From positions 932,022 to 996,021 of the forward strand of contig OY282367.1 in NCBI GenBank assembly GCA_958295755.1: a stretch of 64,000 nucleotides of DNA. Direction: 5' to 3'. Positions 1 through 7,426 of the stretch are shown here, piece by piece. The stretch's first letter is position 1. The number at the start of each line of letters is the position of its first letter. The notes below the pieces were generated by a model. The model was given only the letters and a program-made list of their open reading frames with translations, ran no database searches and was not told the origin of the DNA. This DNA comes from an uncultured Acidimicrobiales bacterium (GTDB lineage: Bacteria; Actinomycetota; Acidimicrobiia; Acidimicrobiales; Hopanoidiivorantaceae). Made by a program: the position numbers and the translations under genes.

Positions 1-22
1 AGACGGACATCACATTGAATAT

Positions 23-1360
23 ATGCCATATGTGCGCGACCTTCTAGCCGAAGACGCTGGCAAAAATCTCACCGAGAAGTTCGACCAACTTATGCGTGGC
101 TCAGCTCTGTTCCGTCAAGTTCCGCTGGAGGCTCGCCGAGCAGCAGGTGTGACTCGTACAGCCTGGTGGGGTTTGCCTACCCGCAATACTTTGGATCGCG
201 CCACAGCCCTGCTACCTGCTCTTCTGTACGACAGGTTGGAAGAACTTGGCATTGACTACGCCCTGCTATATCCCACTTACGGTTTAACCGTCACAGCTCA
301 CCCGGATGACGAACTTCGCACGGCAATGGCCAGAGCTTTCAACCGTTACTCAGCCGAAGTTTTTGCAGGGCTTCGTGATCGTCTGGAACCGGTAGCAGCA
401 ATACCTATGAATACACCAGAAGAAGCCTTAGCCGAACTAGATCACGCAGTTACAGAGCTAGGACTTAAGTCGGTGATGATGGCTGGAATCGTGCCCCGCC
501 CAGTGCCGGGAACTGATAATTCCAGAGCCGCCCGCTATATTGACACCGTCGGACACGACAGCCTCTACGATTATTCACCCGTCTGGGAGAAATGCGAAGA
601 GCTGAAAGTATCACCTACCTTTCATGCTGGTTCGCAAGGTCTGGGAATGAGGGTCTCACGCAGCAACTATGTCTATAACCATGTGGGCAATTTCGCTGCG
701 GCTGGGGAGGCTGCAGCGAGGTCGCTATTTTTTGGTGGGGTTCCCTTTCGCCATAAATCGCTGCGTTTTGCTTTTCTGGAAGGCGGCGTGGCTTGGGGCG
801 CAAATCTGCTAGCCGACATCATCGGACACTACGAAAAGCGCAACAAAGCCGACCTTGAGCATTACAATCCCGCCAATCTTAACCGCCCACAGATGACCGA
901 ACTCATCGGAGAATTCGGCACAGCCGAAGTTGTAAAACACCTAAACCAACTTGACGACGCCCTCATTATGCTCAGCGACCCTGAAGAGCCAACCGAAGGA
1001 CGAGATGAGTTTGGCGAAAGCGGAGTCGCTTCGGTTCAAGACATCTTAGATATCTTCACCAAGCAGTATTTCTTCGGGTGCGAAGCTGACGACCCTATGA
1101 ACGCCGTGGGTTTTGCTTCTAGCCTCGTGCCTGGTGGCAAACCTTTGGGGGCGATCTTTGCTAGTGACATCGGCCACTGGGATGTCCCTGATATGACTGG
1201 AGTGCTCCCCGAAGCCTATGAACTGCTAGAAGACGGTCACCTAACCGAAGCTCAATTCAAAGACTTCACCTTCACTAACGCTGTTCGCCTCTGGGCAGGC
1301 GCTAACTCTGATTTCTTCTCTAATACCTCTGTAGAAAGCCAAGCCAAAGCAGTTATTTGA
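23..1360 (+). CDS. Amidohydrolase-family (amidohydrolase_2-like) metal-dependent hydrolase; possibly 5'-truncated by the window edge
   Basis: 445-aa ORF. The frame stays open upstream of ATG-23 to the window edge (reads DGHHIEY, a possible HxH metal motif). FHAGS, FLEGGVAWG and SDIGHWD segments resemble TIM-barrel amidohydrolases. Family-level call only. Confidence 0.55.
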   Translation: MPYVRDLLAEDAGKNLTEKFDQLMRGSALFRQVPLEARRAAGVTRTAWWGLPTRNTLDRATALLPALLYDRLEELGIDYALLYPTYGLTVTAHPDDELRTAMARAFNRYSAEVFAGLRDRLEPVAAIPMNTPEEALAELDHAVTELGLKSVMMAGIVPRPVPGTDNSRAARYIDTVGHDSLYDYSPVWEKCEELKVSPTFHAGSQGLGMRVSRSNYVYNHVGNFAAAGEAAARSLFFGGVPFRHKSLRFAFLEGGVAWGANLLADIIGHYEKRNKADLEHYNPANLNRPQMTELIGEFGTAEVVKHLNQLDDALIMLSDPEEPTEGRDEFGESGVASVQDILDIFTKQYFFGCEADDPMNAVGFASSLVPGGKPLGAIFASDIGHWDVPDMTGVLPEAYELLEDGHLTEAQFKDFTFTNAVRLWAGANSDFFSNTSVESQAKAVI

Positions 1361-1386
1361 AGAAGATGCTTGACAACAACGGTGAG

Positions 1387-1441
1387 TGCTATAATATTTG
1401 GCAGTGTGACTTCATATGAAGGTTGCCAGCAACGCTTGATA
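1387..1441 (+). promoter_or_regulatory. Conserved promoter/leader of family copy 1: extended -10 (TGcTATAAT) plus the 12-bp palindrome CTTCATATGAAG
   Basis: tgcTATAAT at 1387-1395 and cttcatatgaag at 1410-1421. The same layout precedes copies 2-4. The second hairpin is less perfect here (cagcaacgcttgata). Confidence 0.5.
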
Positions 1442-1544
1442 CCGCAAAATACCAGGGAGGAAAAGTGATACTTCGTAAATCTAGAGAATCGTCAGGTGCG
1501 ATGCTAAGGAGTGTCACCTCTAGTACAGTGCCAGCTCTAGTACT

Positions 1545-2573
1545 ATGAAGCGGCTAGCTCAGGGCGGACATCAGGTGTCAGTTGGTGCTACTGATAAGTC
1601 AAGAAGTCTGAGTTCTGCGCCTCTATCTATAGGTGGCGGACAGGGCACCCCCCCCCGACTACGCCCTGAATCAAGCCACACCGAGAGAGGTATTACCCTT
1701 CAAACGCTTATCGTAACAGCCGTGCTGGTGCTGGTGGCTGTTGGGGCAGCATTGGTGCTGGTTGCTATCAACCGCAGCTCTAGTGATGATTTTGAAGAAG
1801 CCGGCAATATTGACATTGAAGGTAAGTGCCAGACTTGGGAAATTCACTTGGCGACGCTTGAAGCCGCAGGCCACGGCGGGCCAGAAGGCCACGGCGGGGT
1901 TTTCTCAAGCAACATAGGCTGCCTAGCCACCTGCTACTGGGAACTAACCAACTGGGCACTGAGTATCCCAAATGCTAAATGGGAACTTCATCCGGGTGCG
2001 TATTCTGTGAGGAACAGAAAAGTACCCCAAGGAACCACCAATCCGCATCCGCATGTCTCTAAGTTGTATTACCACGATGACAACAGAGCACCAGCTATCG
2101 ATCAAATACGATTAGGAGTAGTCAGCCTGAGAGTAGGCGCAGGAACACAAGAACCGTCTCGTGGTTTTGGTGCTGGTACTACTGATCATCTGCCTGGACA
2201 TACAAGTCCTGGAAACGCAGGTCCTGATAAAGATGGAAAATCGCATTATTTCCGCTTCAGACCTGGTGCAAAGGGAGCTATGGGAAATCCTGGGAGACCT
2301 CTAACACCGGCAATGATAAAGAAAGGTATAGCCACTATTGCTGAACCAAACTGGATGTCCCGTGGGAATAACCCTGGCAGTGGTGTGCTCGCTACAAACT
2401 ACCCCAAAACCAGCGGGGCAACCGATTCCGATTGGGAAAGATATCTTTGGGAAGACGAATCATGGGAAGTACGAGCCGACCCGGGTCGAGAAGTCTGCGA
2501 AATAGTAAATGTCGCCCACGACGATCTACTAGTCTGCTCCTCAGCCAAAGAGGAATGCGAATCAACTACTTAG
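1545..2573 (+). CDS. Pilin-like (class III signal-peptide-like) secreted Cys-rich variable protein, family copy 1; leader disrupted upstream
   Basis: 342-aa ORF, identical to copy 2 from SAPLSIGGGQGTPPRL to the end. It has the ERGITLQTLIVTAVLVLVAVGAALVLVAI motif, six Cys, and the conserved tail WEDESWEVRADPGREVCEIVNVAHDDLLVCSS. The family GTG start with RBS (GTG at 1465) ends at TGA 1546-1548, which overlaps ATG 1545 as ATGA. Confidence 0.7.
   Translation: MKRLAQGGHQVSVGATDKSRSLSSAPLSIGGGQGTPPRLRPESSHTERGITLQTLIVTAVLVLVAVGAALVLVAINRSSSDDFEEAGNIDIEGKCQTWEIHLATLEAAGHGGPEGHGGVFSSNIGCLATCYWELTNWALSIPNAKWELHPGAYSVRNRKVPQGTTNPHPHVSKLYYHDDNRAPAIDQIRLGVVSLRVGAGTQEPSRGFGAGTTDHLPGHTSPGNAGPDKDGKSHYFRFRPGAKGAMGNPGRPLTPAMIKKGIATIAEPNWMSRGNNPGSGVLATNYPKTSGATDSDWERYLWEDESWEVRADPGREVCEIVNVAHDDLLVCSSAKEECESTT
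1648..1656 (+). repeat. Poly-C tract (C9) in the leader codons of copy 1
   Basis: Counted by eye: gggca-CCCCCCCCC-gact; encodes TPPR. Confidence 0.9.
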
Positions 2574-2594
2574 CATTCACATCCCCTCCCTATT

Positions 2595-3053
2595 CTAGTC
2601 GGTGTCGCTAGCGGCGCGAAGTCCGAAGCCGATTTGCAATGTGTTATGGATGCCTCTAACTTCTCCTTTAATGCCTCTAACTTCTCCTTCTAGGTGCTTG
2701 ATATCGCCTGATAATCTTCCCTCTAGCTTTTCCAGTTTGACAGAGAACTCTCCCTCTAACTTTTTCAGATCGACTGACAACTGCTTGTGATCTTCGGCTA
2801 ATTTATCGAGTTTTGTGGTGGTGGCTTCTAAAGCCTTGTCGAATCTGGTGTTAGTGGCTTCTAAAGCTTGGCTGAAACTGGTGTTAGTGGCTTCTAAAGC
2901 TTGGCTGAAACTGGTGTTGGTGGCTTCTAAAGCTTGGCTGAAGCCGTTTAGCTTGACTTCATAGTTGTCTAGTAGTTTGCGGGTTAGGCAACCCAATACT
3001 CCCAGGAATGCCGCCAGTGCGATACTGCCGAGTGTGATGATTACTACTTCCAT
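2595..3053 (-). CDS. N-terminally membrane-anchored coiled-coil protein with 11-aa tandem repeats (partner gene, copy 1)
   Basis: 152 aa. The N-terminal hydrophobic helix MEVVIITLGSIALAAFLGVLGCL is followed by 4 x (F[SD][QK]ALEATNTx) and then heptad-like LEGE/VRGIKGEVRGI segments. It is convergent with copy 1, with 21 nt between the stop codons. No recognised family. Confidence 0.7.
   Translation of the reverse strand: MEVVIITLGSIALAAFLGVLGCLTRKLLDNYEVKLNGFSQALEATNTSFSQALEATNTSFSQALEATNTRFDKALEATTTKLDKLAEDHKQLSVDLKKLEGEFSVKLEKLEGRLSGDIKHLEGEVRGIKGEVRGIHNTLQIGFGLRAASDTD
2811..2942 (-). repeat. 33-bp in-frame tandem repeat, 4 units, inside the coiled-coil gene
   Basis: Units ggtgttagtggcttctaaagcttggctgaaact encode FSQALEATNTS-type 11-mers. 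Confidence 0.85.
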
Positions 3054-3224
3054 CGCTACTCCTTTCGGTGGGGGAATTTCGTGGTTTCTTTTACCTATTT
3101 GCTCATATCAGCTAGTGTAGCAAATGAAGGCTGCAATTCTGTTTAGCGAAATCTGCCGATGTAAATGTACTGCTGGAATAGCTGAAGTGATTCCAACTGA
3201 AAAGCACTAAATATAATGTGGTAG

Positions 3225-3279
3225 TGCTATAATTTATGGTGGTGTGACTTCATATGAAGGTTGCTATCAACGCTTGATA
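3225..3279 (+). promoter_or_regulatory. Conserved promoter/leader of copy 2: extended -10, 12-bp palindrome, short hairpin
   Basis: tgcTATAAT at 3225-3233, CTTCATATGAAG at 3248-3259, and tatcaa-cgc-ttgata at 3265-3279. RBS GGGAGG lies 4 nt before GTG 3303. Confidence 0.55.
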
Positions 3280-3302
3280 CCGCAAAATAACAGGGAGGAA
3301 AA

Positions 3303-4415
3303 GTGATACTTCGTAAATCCAGAGAATCGTCAGGTGCGATGCTAGGGAGTGCCAGCTCTAGTAGTATGAAGCGGCTACCTCAGGGAAGGCATCAGGCGTC
3401 AGCCGGCACTGCTGATAGCCCAGTTGATACTGCTCGCAAGCCAAGAAGTATGAGTTCTGCGCCTCTATCTATAGGTGGCGGACAGGGCACCCCCCCCCGA
3501 CTACGCCCTGAATCAAGCCACACCGAGAGAGGTATTACCCTTCAAACGCTTATCGTAACAGCCGTGCTGGTGCTGGTGGCTGTTGGGGCAGCATTGGTGC
3601 TGGTTGCTATCAACCGCAGCTCTAGTGATGATTTTGAAGAAGCCGGCAATATTGACATTGAAGGTAAGTGCCAGACTTGGGAAATTCACTTGGCGACGCT
3701 TGAAGCCGCAGGCCACGGCGGGCCAGAAGGCCACGGCGGGGTTTTCTCAAGCAACATAGGCTGCCTAGCCACCTGCTACTGGGAACTAACCAACTGGGCA
3801 CTGAGTATCCCAAATGCTAAATGGGAACTTCATCCGGGTGCGTATTCTGTGAGGAACAGAAAAGTACCCCAAGGAACCACCAATCCGCATCCGCATGTCT
3901 CTAAGTTGTATTACCACGATGACAACAGAGCACCAGCTATCGATCAAATACGATTAGGAGTAGTCAGCCTGAGAGTAGGCGCAGGAACACAAGAACCGTC
4001 TCGTGGTTTTGGTGCTGGTACTACTGATCATCTGCCTGGACATACAAGTCCTGGAAACGCAGGTCCTGATAAAGATGGAAAATCGCATTATTTCCGCTTC
4101 AGACCTGGTGCAAAGGGAGCTATGGGAAATCCTGGGAGACCTCTAACACCGGCAATGATAAAGAAAGGTATAGCCACTATTGCTGAACCAAACTGGATGT
4201 CCCGTGGGAATAACCCTGGCAGTGGTGTGCTCGCTACAAACTACCCCAAAACCAGCGGGGCAACCGATTCCGATTGGGAAAGATATCTTTGGGAAGACGA
4301 ATCATGGGAAGTACGAGCCGACCCGGGTCGAGAAGTCTGCGAAATAGTAAATGTCGCCCACGACGATCTACTAGTCTGCTCCTCAGCCAAAGAGGAATGC
4401 GAATCAACTACTTAG
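3303..4415 (+). CDS. Pilin-like secreted Cys-rich variable protein, family copy 2 (intact, GTG start)
   Basis: 370 aa. Strong RBS (cagGGAGGaaaaGTG), long leader with a C9 tract, ERGITLQTLIV plus a hydrophobic helix, and the conserved N- and C-terminal modules. Confidence 0.75.
   Translation: MILRKSRESSGAMLGSASSSSMKRLPQGRHQASAGTADSPVDTARKPRSMSSAPLSIGGGQGTPPRLRPESSHTERGITLQTLIVTAVLVLVAVGAALVLVAINRSSSDDFEEAGNIDIEGKCQTWEIHLATLEAAGHGGPEGHGGVFSSNIGCLATCYWELTNWALSIPNAKWELHPGAYSVRNRKVPQGTTNPHPHVSKLYYHDDNRAPAIDQIRLGVVSLRVGAGTQEPSRGFGAGTTDHLPGHTSPGNAGPDKDGKSHYFRFRPGAKGAMGNPGRPLTPAMIKKGIATIAEPNWMSRGNNPGSGVLATNYPKTSGATDSDWERYLWEDESWEVRADPGREVCEIVNVAHDDLLVCSSAKEECESTT
3490..3498 (+). repeat. Poly-C tract (C9) in the leader codons of copy 2
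   Basis: Counted by eye; in frame with the downstream body. Confidence 0.9.
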
Positions 4416-4436
4416 CATTCACATCCCCTCCCTATT

Positions 4437-4895
4437 CTAGTCGGTGTCGCTAGCGGCGCGAAGTCCGAAGCCGATTTGCAATGTGTTATGGATGCCTCTA
4501 ACTTCTCCTTTAATGCCTCTAACTTCTCCTTCTAGGTGCTTGATATCGCCTGATAATCTTCCCTCTAGCTTTTCCAGTTTGACAGAGAACTCTCCCTCTA
4601 ACTTTTTCAGATCGACTGACAACTGCTTGTGATCTTCGGCTAATTTATCGAGTTTTGTGGTGGTGGCTTCTAAAGCCTTGTCGAATCTGGTGTTAGTGGC
4701 TTCTAAAGCTTGGCTGAAACTGGTGTTAGTGGCTTCTAAAGCTTGGCTGAAACTGGTGTTGGTGGCTTCTAAAGCTTGGCTGAAGCCGTTTAGCTTGACT
4801 TCATAGTTGTCTAGTAGTTTGCGGGTTAGGCAACCCAATACTCCCAGGAATGCCGCCAGTGCGATACTGCCGAGTGTGATGATTACTACTTCCAT
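4437..4895 (-). CDS. Membrane-anchored 11-aa-repeat coiled-coil protein (partner gene, copy 2; identical to copy 1)
   Basis: The 152-aa translation is identical to 2595-3053. Confidence 0.7.
   Translation of the reverse strand: MEVVIITLGSIALAAFLGVLGCLTRKLLDNYEVKLNGFSQALEATNTSFSQALEATNTSFSQALEATNTRFDKALEATTTKLDKLAEDHKQLSVDLKKLEGEFSVKLEKLEGRLSGDIKHLEGEVRGIKGEVRGIHNTLQIGFGLRAASDTD
4653..4784 (-). repeat. 33-bp in-frame tandem repeat, 4 units
   Basis: Same as 2811-2942, shifted by 1842 nt. Confidence 0.85.
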
Positions 4896-5066
4896 CGCTA
4901 CTCCTTTCGGTGGGGGAATTTCGTGGTTTCTTTTACCTATTTGCTCATATCAGCTAGTGTAGCAAATGAAGGCTGCAATTCTGTTTAGCGAAATCTGCCG
5001 ATGTAAATGTACTGCTGGAATAGCTGAAGTGATTCCAACTGAAAAGCACTAAATATAATGTGGTAG

Positions 5067-5121
5067 TGCTATAATTTATGGTGGTGTGACTTCATATGAA
5101 GGTTGCTATCAACGCTTGATA
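5067..5121 (+). promoter_or_regulatory. Conserved promoter/leader of copy 3
   Basis: Identical to 3225-3279, shifted by 1842 nt. Confidence 0.55.
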
Positions 5122-5144
5122 CCGCAAAATAACAGGGAGGAAAA

Positions 5145-6226
5145 GTGATACTTCGTAAATCCAGAGAATCGTCAGGTGCGATGCTAGGGAGTGCCAGCTC
5201 TAGTAGTATGAAGCGGCTACCTCAGGGAAGGCATCAGGCGTCAGCCGGCACTGCTGATAGCCCAGTTGATACTGCTCGCAAGCCAAGAAGTATGAGTTCT
5301 GCGCCTCTATCTCTAGGTGGCGGACAGGGCACCCCCCCCCGACTGGATCAAGCCATAGATCAAGCCGCGAGTCAAGCAACACCGAGAGAGGTATTACACT
5401 TCAGACGCTTATCGTAACAGCCGTGCTGGTGCTGGTGGCTGTTGGGGCAGCATTGGTGCTGGTTGCTATCAACCGCAGCTCTAGTGATGATTTTGAAGAA
5501 GCCGGCAATATTGGCATTGAAGGTAAGTGCCAGACTTGGGAAATCCACTTGGCGACGCTTGAAGCAGCAGGGCACGGCGGGCCAGAAGGCCACGGCGGGG
5601 TTTTCTCAAGCAACATAGGCTGCCTAGCACCCTGCTACTGGGATATAACAGGTTATACGGATGCTGGCGCAATTAAAACTTTATGGCCGACGGCAATTCA
5701 TGTGCGAACTTATAATAATCCCCCTTCTTGGTATTCGCACACCTCAAGGTTGTATTACCACGATGACAACAGACCACCAACTATGGACCAATATAGATTA
5801 GGGGTTGTCTACTCTAGAGGCGGTGATAGGGATCACATGGCGAATAGGAACAAAAGTTGGATGAATCCAAATTATGAAGGGAGTGAGCCGTTTTTTCGTC
5901 GGACACTTCCTGGTGTTGGAACGCACCCGGGGACTCCTTTGAGTTCGGCATGGTTATTCCATCGACACCTTAACAAGAGGCTCCCTACTGTTACAAAACC
6001 CAATTGGATATCTTATGGTCCAGATCCTGGCAACGTGCTAGCTACAAATACAGGTTTAACTGCTACCTCCGATCATGATGAATTAGCAAAATACACCTGG
6101 GAAGACGAATACTGGGAAGTACGAGCAGATCCGGGCCGAGAAGTTTGTGAGATAGTAAATGTTGCCAATGACGATCTTCTCGTCTGCTCATCAGCCAAAG
6201 AAGAATGCGAACCAGCTGATACTTAG
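5145..6226 (+). pseudogene. Pilin-like variable protein, family copy 3, frameshifted at the poly-C tract (phase-OFF allele or pseudogene)
   Basis: The leader ORF 5145-5417 stops early. The family body (…LVLVAVGAALVLVAINRSSSDDFEEAGNI… to …VCSSAKEECEPADT) continues in another frame to 6226. Relative to copy 4 the only frame-relevant difference is C9 versus C10. Confidence 0.75.
5332..5340 (+). repeat. Poly-C tract (C9) in copy 3, one C short of the in-frame length
   Basis: Counted by eye: gggca-C9-gactggatcaagcc. Confidence 0.85.
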
Positions 6227-6279
6227 AAGCGAAGACGCTAACCCCTGAGCAACTACCGAAGTGGTGAAATCCTTCGGTT

Positions 6280-6804
6280 CTAGTCGGTGTCGCTAGTGGC
6301 GCGAAGTCCGAAGCCGATTTGCAATGTGCTATGAATGCCTCTAACTTCTCTTTTAATGCCTCTAACTTCTCCTTCTAGCTGCTTCAGATCGCCTGACAAC
6401 TGCTTGTGATCTTCGGCTAATTTGTCGAGTTTTATGTTGGTGGCTTCCAAAGCCTTGTCAAATCTGCTGCTGGTGGCCTCTAAAGCCTTGTCAAATCTGA
6501 TGTTGGTGGCCTCTAAAGCACTATCAAGCTTTGTGTTGGTGGCTTCCAAAGCCTTGTCAAATCTGATATTGGTGGCCTCTAAAGCCTTGTCGAATCTGAT
6601 GTTGGTGGCTTCCAAAGCCTTGTCGAATCTGATGTTGGTGGCTTCCAAAGCACTATCAAGCTTTGTGTTGGTGGCTTCTAAAGCTTGGCTGAAGCCGTTT
6701 AGCTTGACTTCATAGTTGTCTAGTAGCTGGCGGGTTAGCCAACCCAATACTCCCAGGAATGCCGCCAGTACGATACTGCCGAATGTGATGATTACTACTT
6801 CCAT
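6280..6804 (-). CDS. Membrane-anchored 11-aa-repeat coiled-coil protein (partner gene, copy 3, expanded repeat)
   Basis: 174 aa. Same N-terminal helix and C-terminal GEVRGIKREVRGIHSTLQIGFGLRATSDTD tail, but 8 repeat units instead of 4. Confidence 0.7.
   Translation of the reverse strand: MEVVIITFGSIVLAAFLGVLGWLTRQLLDNYEVKLNGFSQALEATNTKLDSALEATNIRFDKALEATNIRFDKALEATNIRFDKALEATNTKLDSALEATNIRFDKALEATSSRFDKALEATNIKLDKLAEDHKQLSGDLKQLEGEVRGIKREVRGIHSTLQIGFGLRATSDTD
6430..6693 (-). repeat. 33-bp in-frame tandem repeat, 8 units
   Basis: Encodes FSQALEATNTK/LDSALEATNIR/FDKALEATNIR… 11-mers. Confidence 0.85.
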
Positions 6805-6912
6805 CGCTACTCCTTTCAGTGGGGGCGGTTTCTTTTACCTATTTGCTCATATCAGCTAGTGTAGCAAATGAAGGCTGCAATTCTGTCTAACGAAATCTGC
6901 CGACAGCGACTA

Positions 6913-6988
6913 TCTGGGAAATACATTTATCGACGCTTGAAGCAGCAGGTCACGGCGGGCCAGAAGTCCATGGCGGTGTCTTCTGAAA
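6913..6988 (+). pseudogene. Orphan fragment of a pilin-like family gene (about 76 nt)
   Basis: ctgggaaatacatttatcgacgcttgaagcagcaggtcacggcgggccagaagtccatggcgg matches the family segment encoding WEIHLATLEAAGHGGPEGHGG. There is no start and no body. Confidence 0.6.
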
Positions 6989-6989
6989 C

Positions 6990-7218
6990 CTAGAGAGTCC
7001 CAGAATCTCGCTGCTTTGTCTCAGGGTTCAAAGGCAAAAATCTTCTGGCTTTAGTATTCCCCTCTGCAAGAATTTGGCCAGAATCCAGGAGCTTATTGAG
7101 AATTCGTCTGGTGGCAGGTATTGACTTGCCTCCTTGTGGGTAGCTCGCGCTTGAACTCCAGCTCTTCATGCTCAATGCGGCCGAAGTGCTCCCAAAATTC
7201 CTCTTCTGTGAATCGCAT
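6990..7218 (-). pseudogene. Decayed remnant of a regulator-like gene (AlbA_2-type N-terminus joined to a winged-helix-like C-terminus)
   Basis: The minus-strand ATG at 7218 gives MRFTEEEFWEHFGRIEHEELEFKRELP and then stops. A second frame (6990-7175) gives …GKSIPATRRILNKLLDSGQILAEGNTKARRFLPL. The family resemblance is by eye only. Confidence 0.3.
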
Positions 7219-7348
7219 CATAATTCTAAAGATTATACAATCTTTGGCGATTTTTAGCAATTTATGGCGATTTTTCTAAAGTTGTTAGAATTAACTGTTG
7301 GAATAGATGAAGTGATTCCACTGAATGGCACTAAATATAATGTGGTAG

Positions 7349-7403
7349 TGATATAATTTATGGTGGTGTGACTTCATATGAAGGTTACCATCAACGCTTG
7401 ATA
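7349..7403 (+). promoter_or_regulatory. Conserved promoter/leader of copy 4
   Basis: tgaTATAAT at 7349-7357, CTTCATATGAAG at 7372-7383, and atcaa-cgc-ttgat at 7390-7402. RBS GGGAGG precedes GTG 7427. Confidence 0.55.
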
Positions 7404-7426
7404 CCGCAAAATAACAGGGAGGAAAA

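Larger units (their letters stand above)
1609..5312. repeat. Apparently perfect tandem direct duplication, period 1842 bp (2 units plus about 20 bp)
   Basis: ORFs 1545-2573/3303-4415 (from SAPLSI onward) and 2595-3053/4437-4895 translate identically at an offset of exactly 1842 nt. Spot checks of intergenic lines also match. Identity starts after the mismatch at 1608/3450 and ends at the mismatch 3471/5313. Confidence 0.85.

Noticed and set aside
2811-6693. The 33-bp repeats as a possible CRISPR array
   Set aside because: The units are directly adjacent with no spacers, sit in frame within an ORF, and are imperfect in a codon-wise manner. No cas genes are present.
6422-6715. A plus-strand 97-aa ORF with LVASKALSNL repeats (also 2602-2790 and 4444-4632)
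   Set aside because: This is the antisense reading of the 33-bp repeat. The minus-strand frame has a start, a TM helix, and a conserved non-repetitive tail in all three copies.
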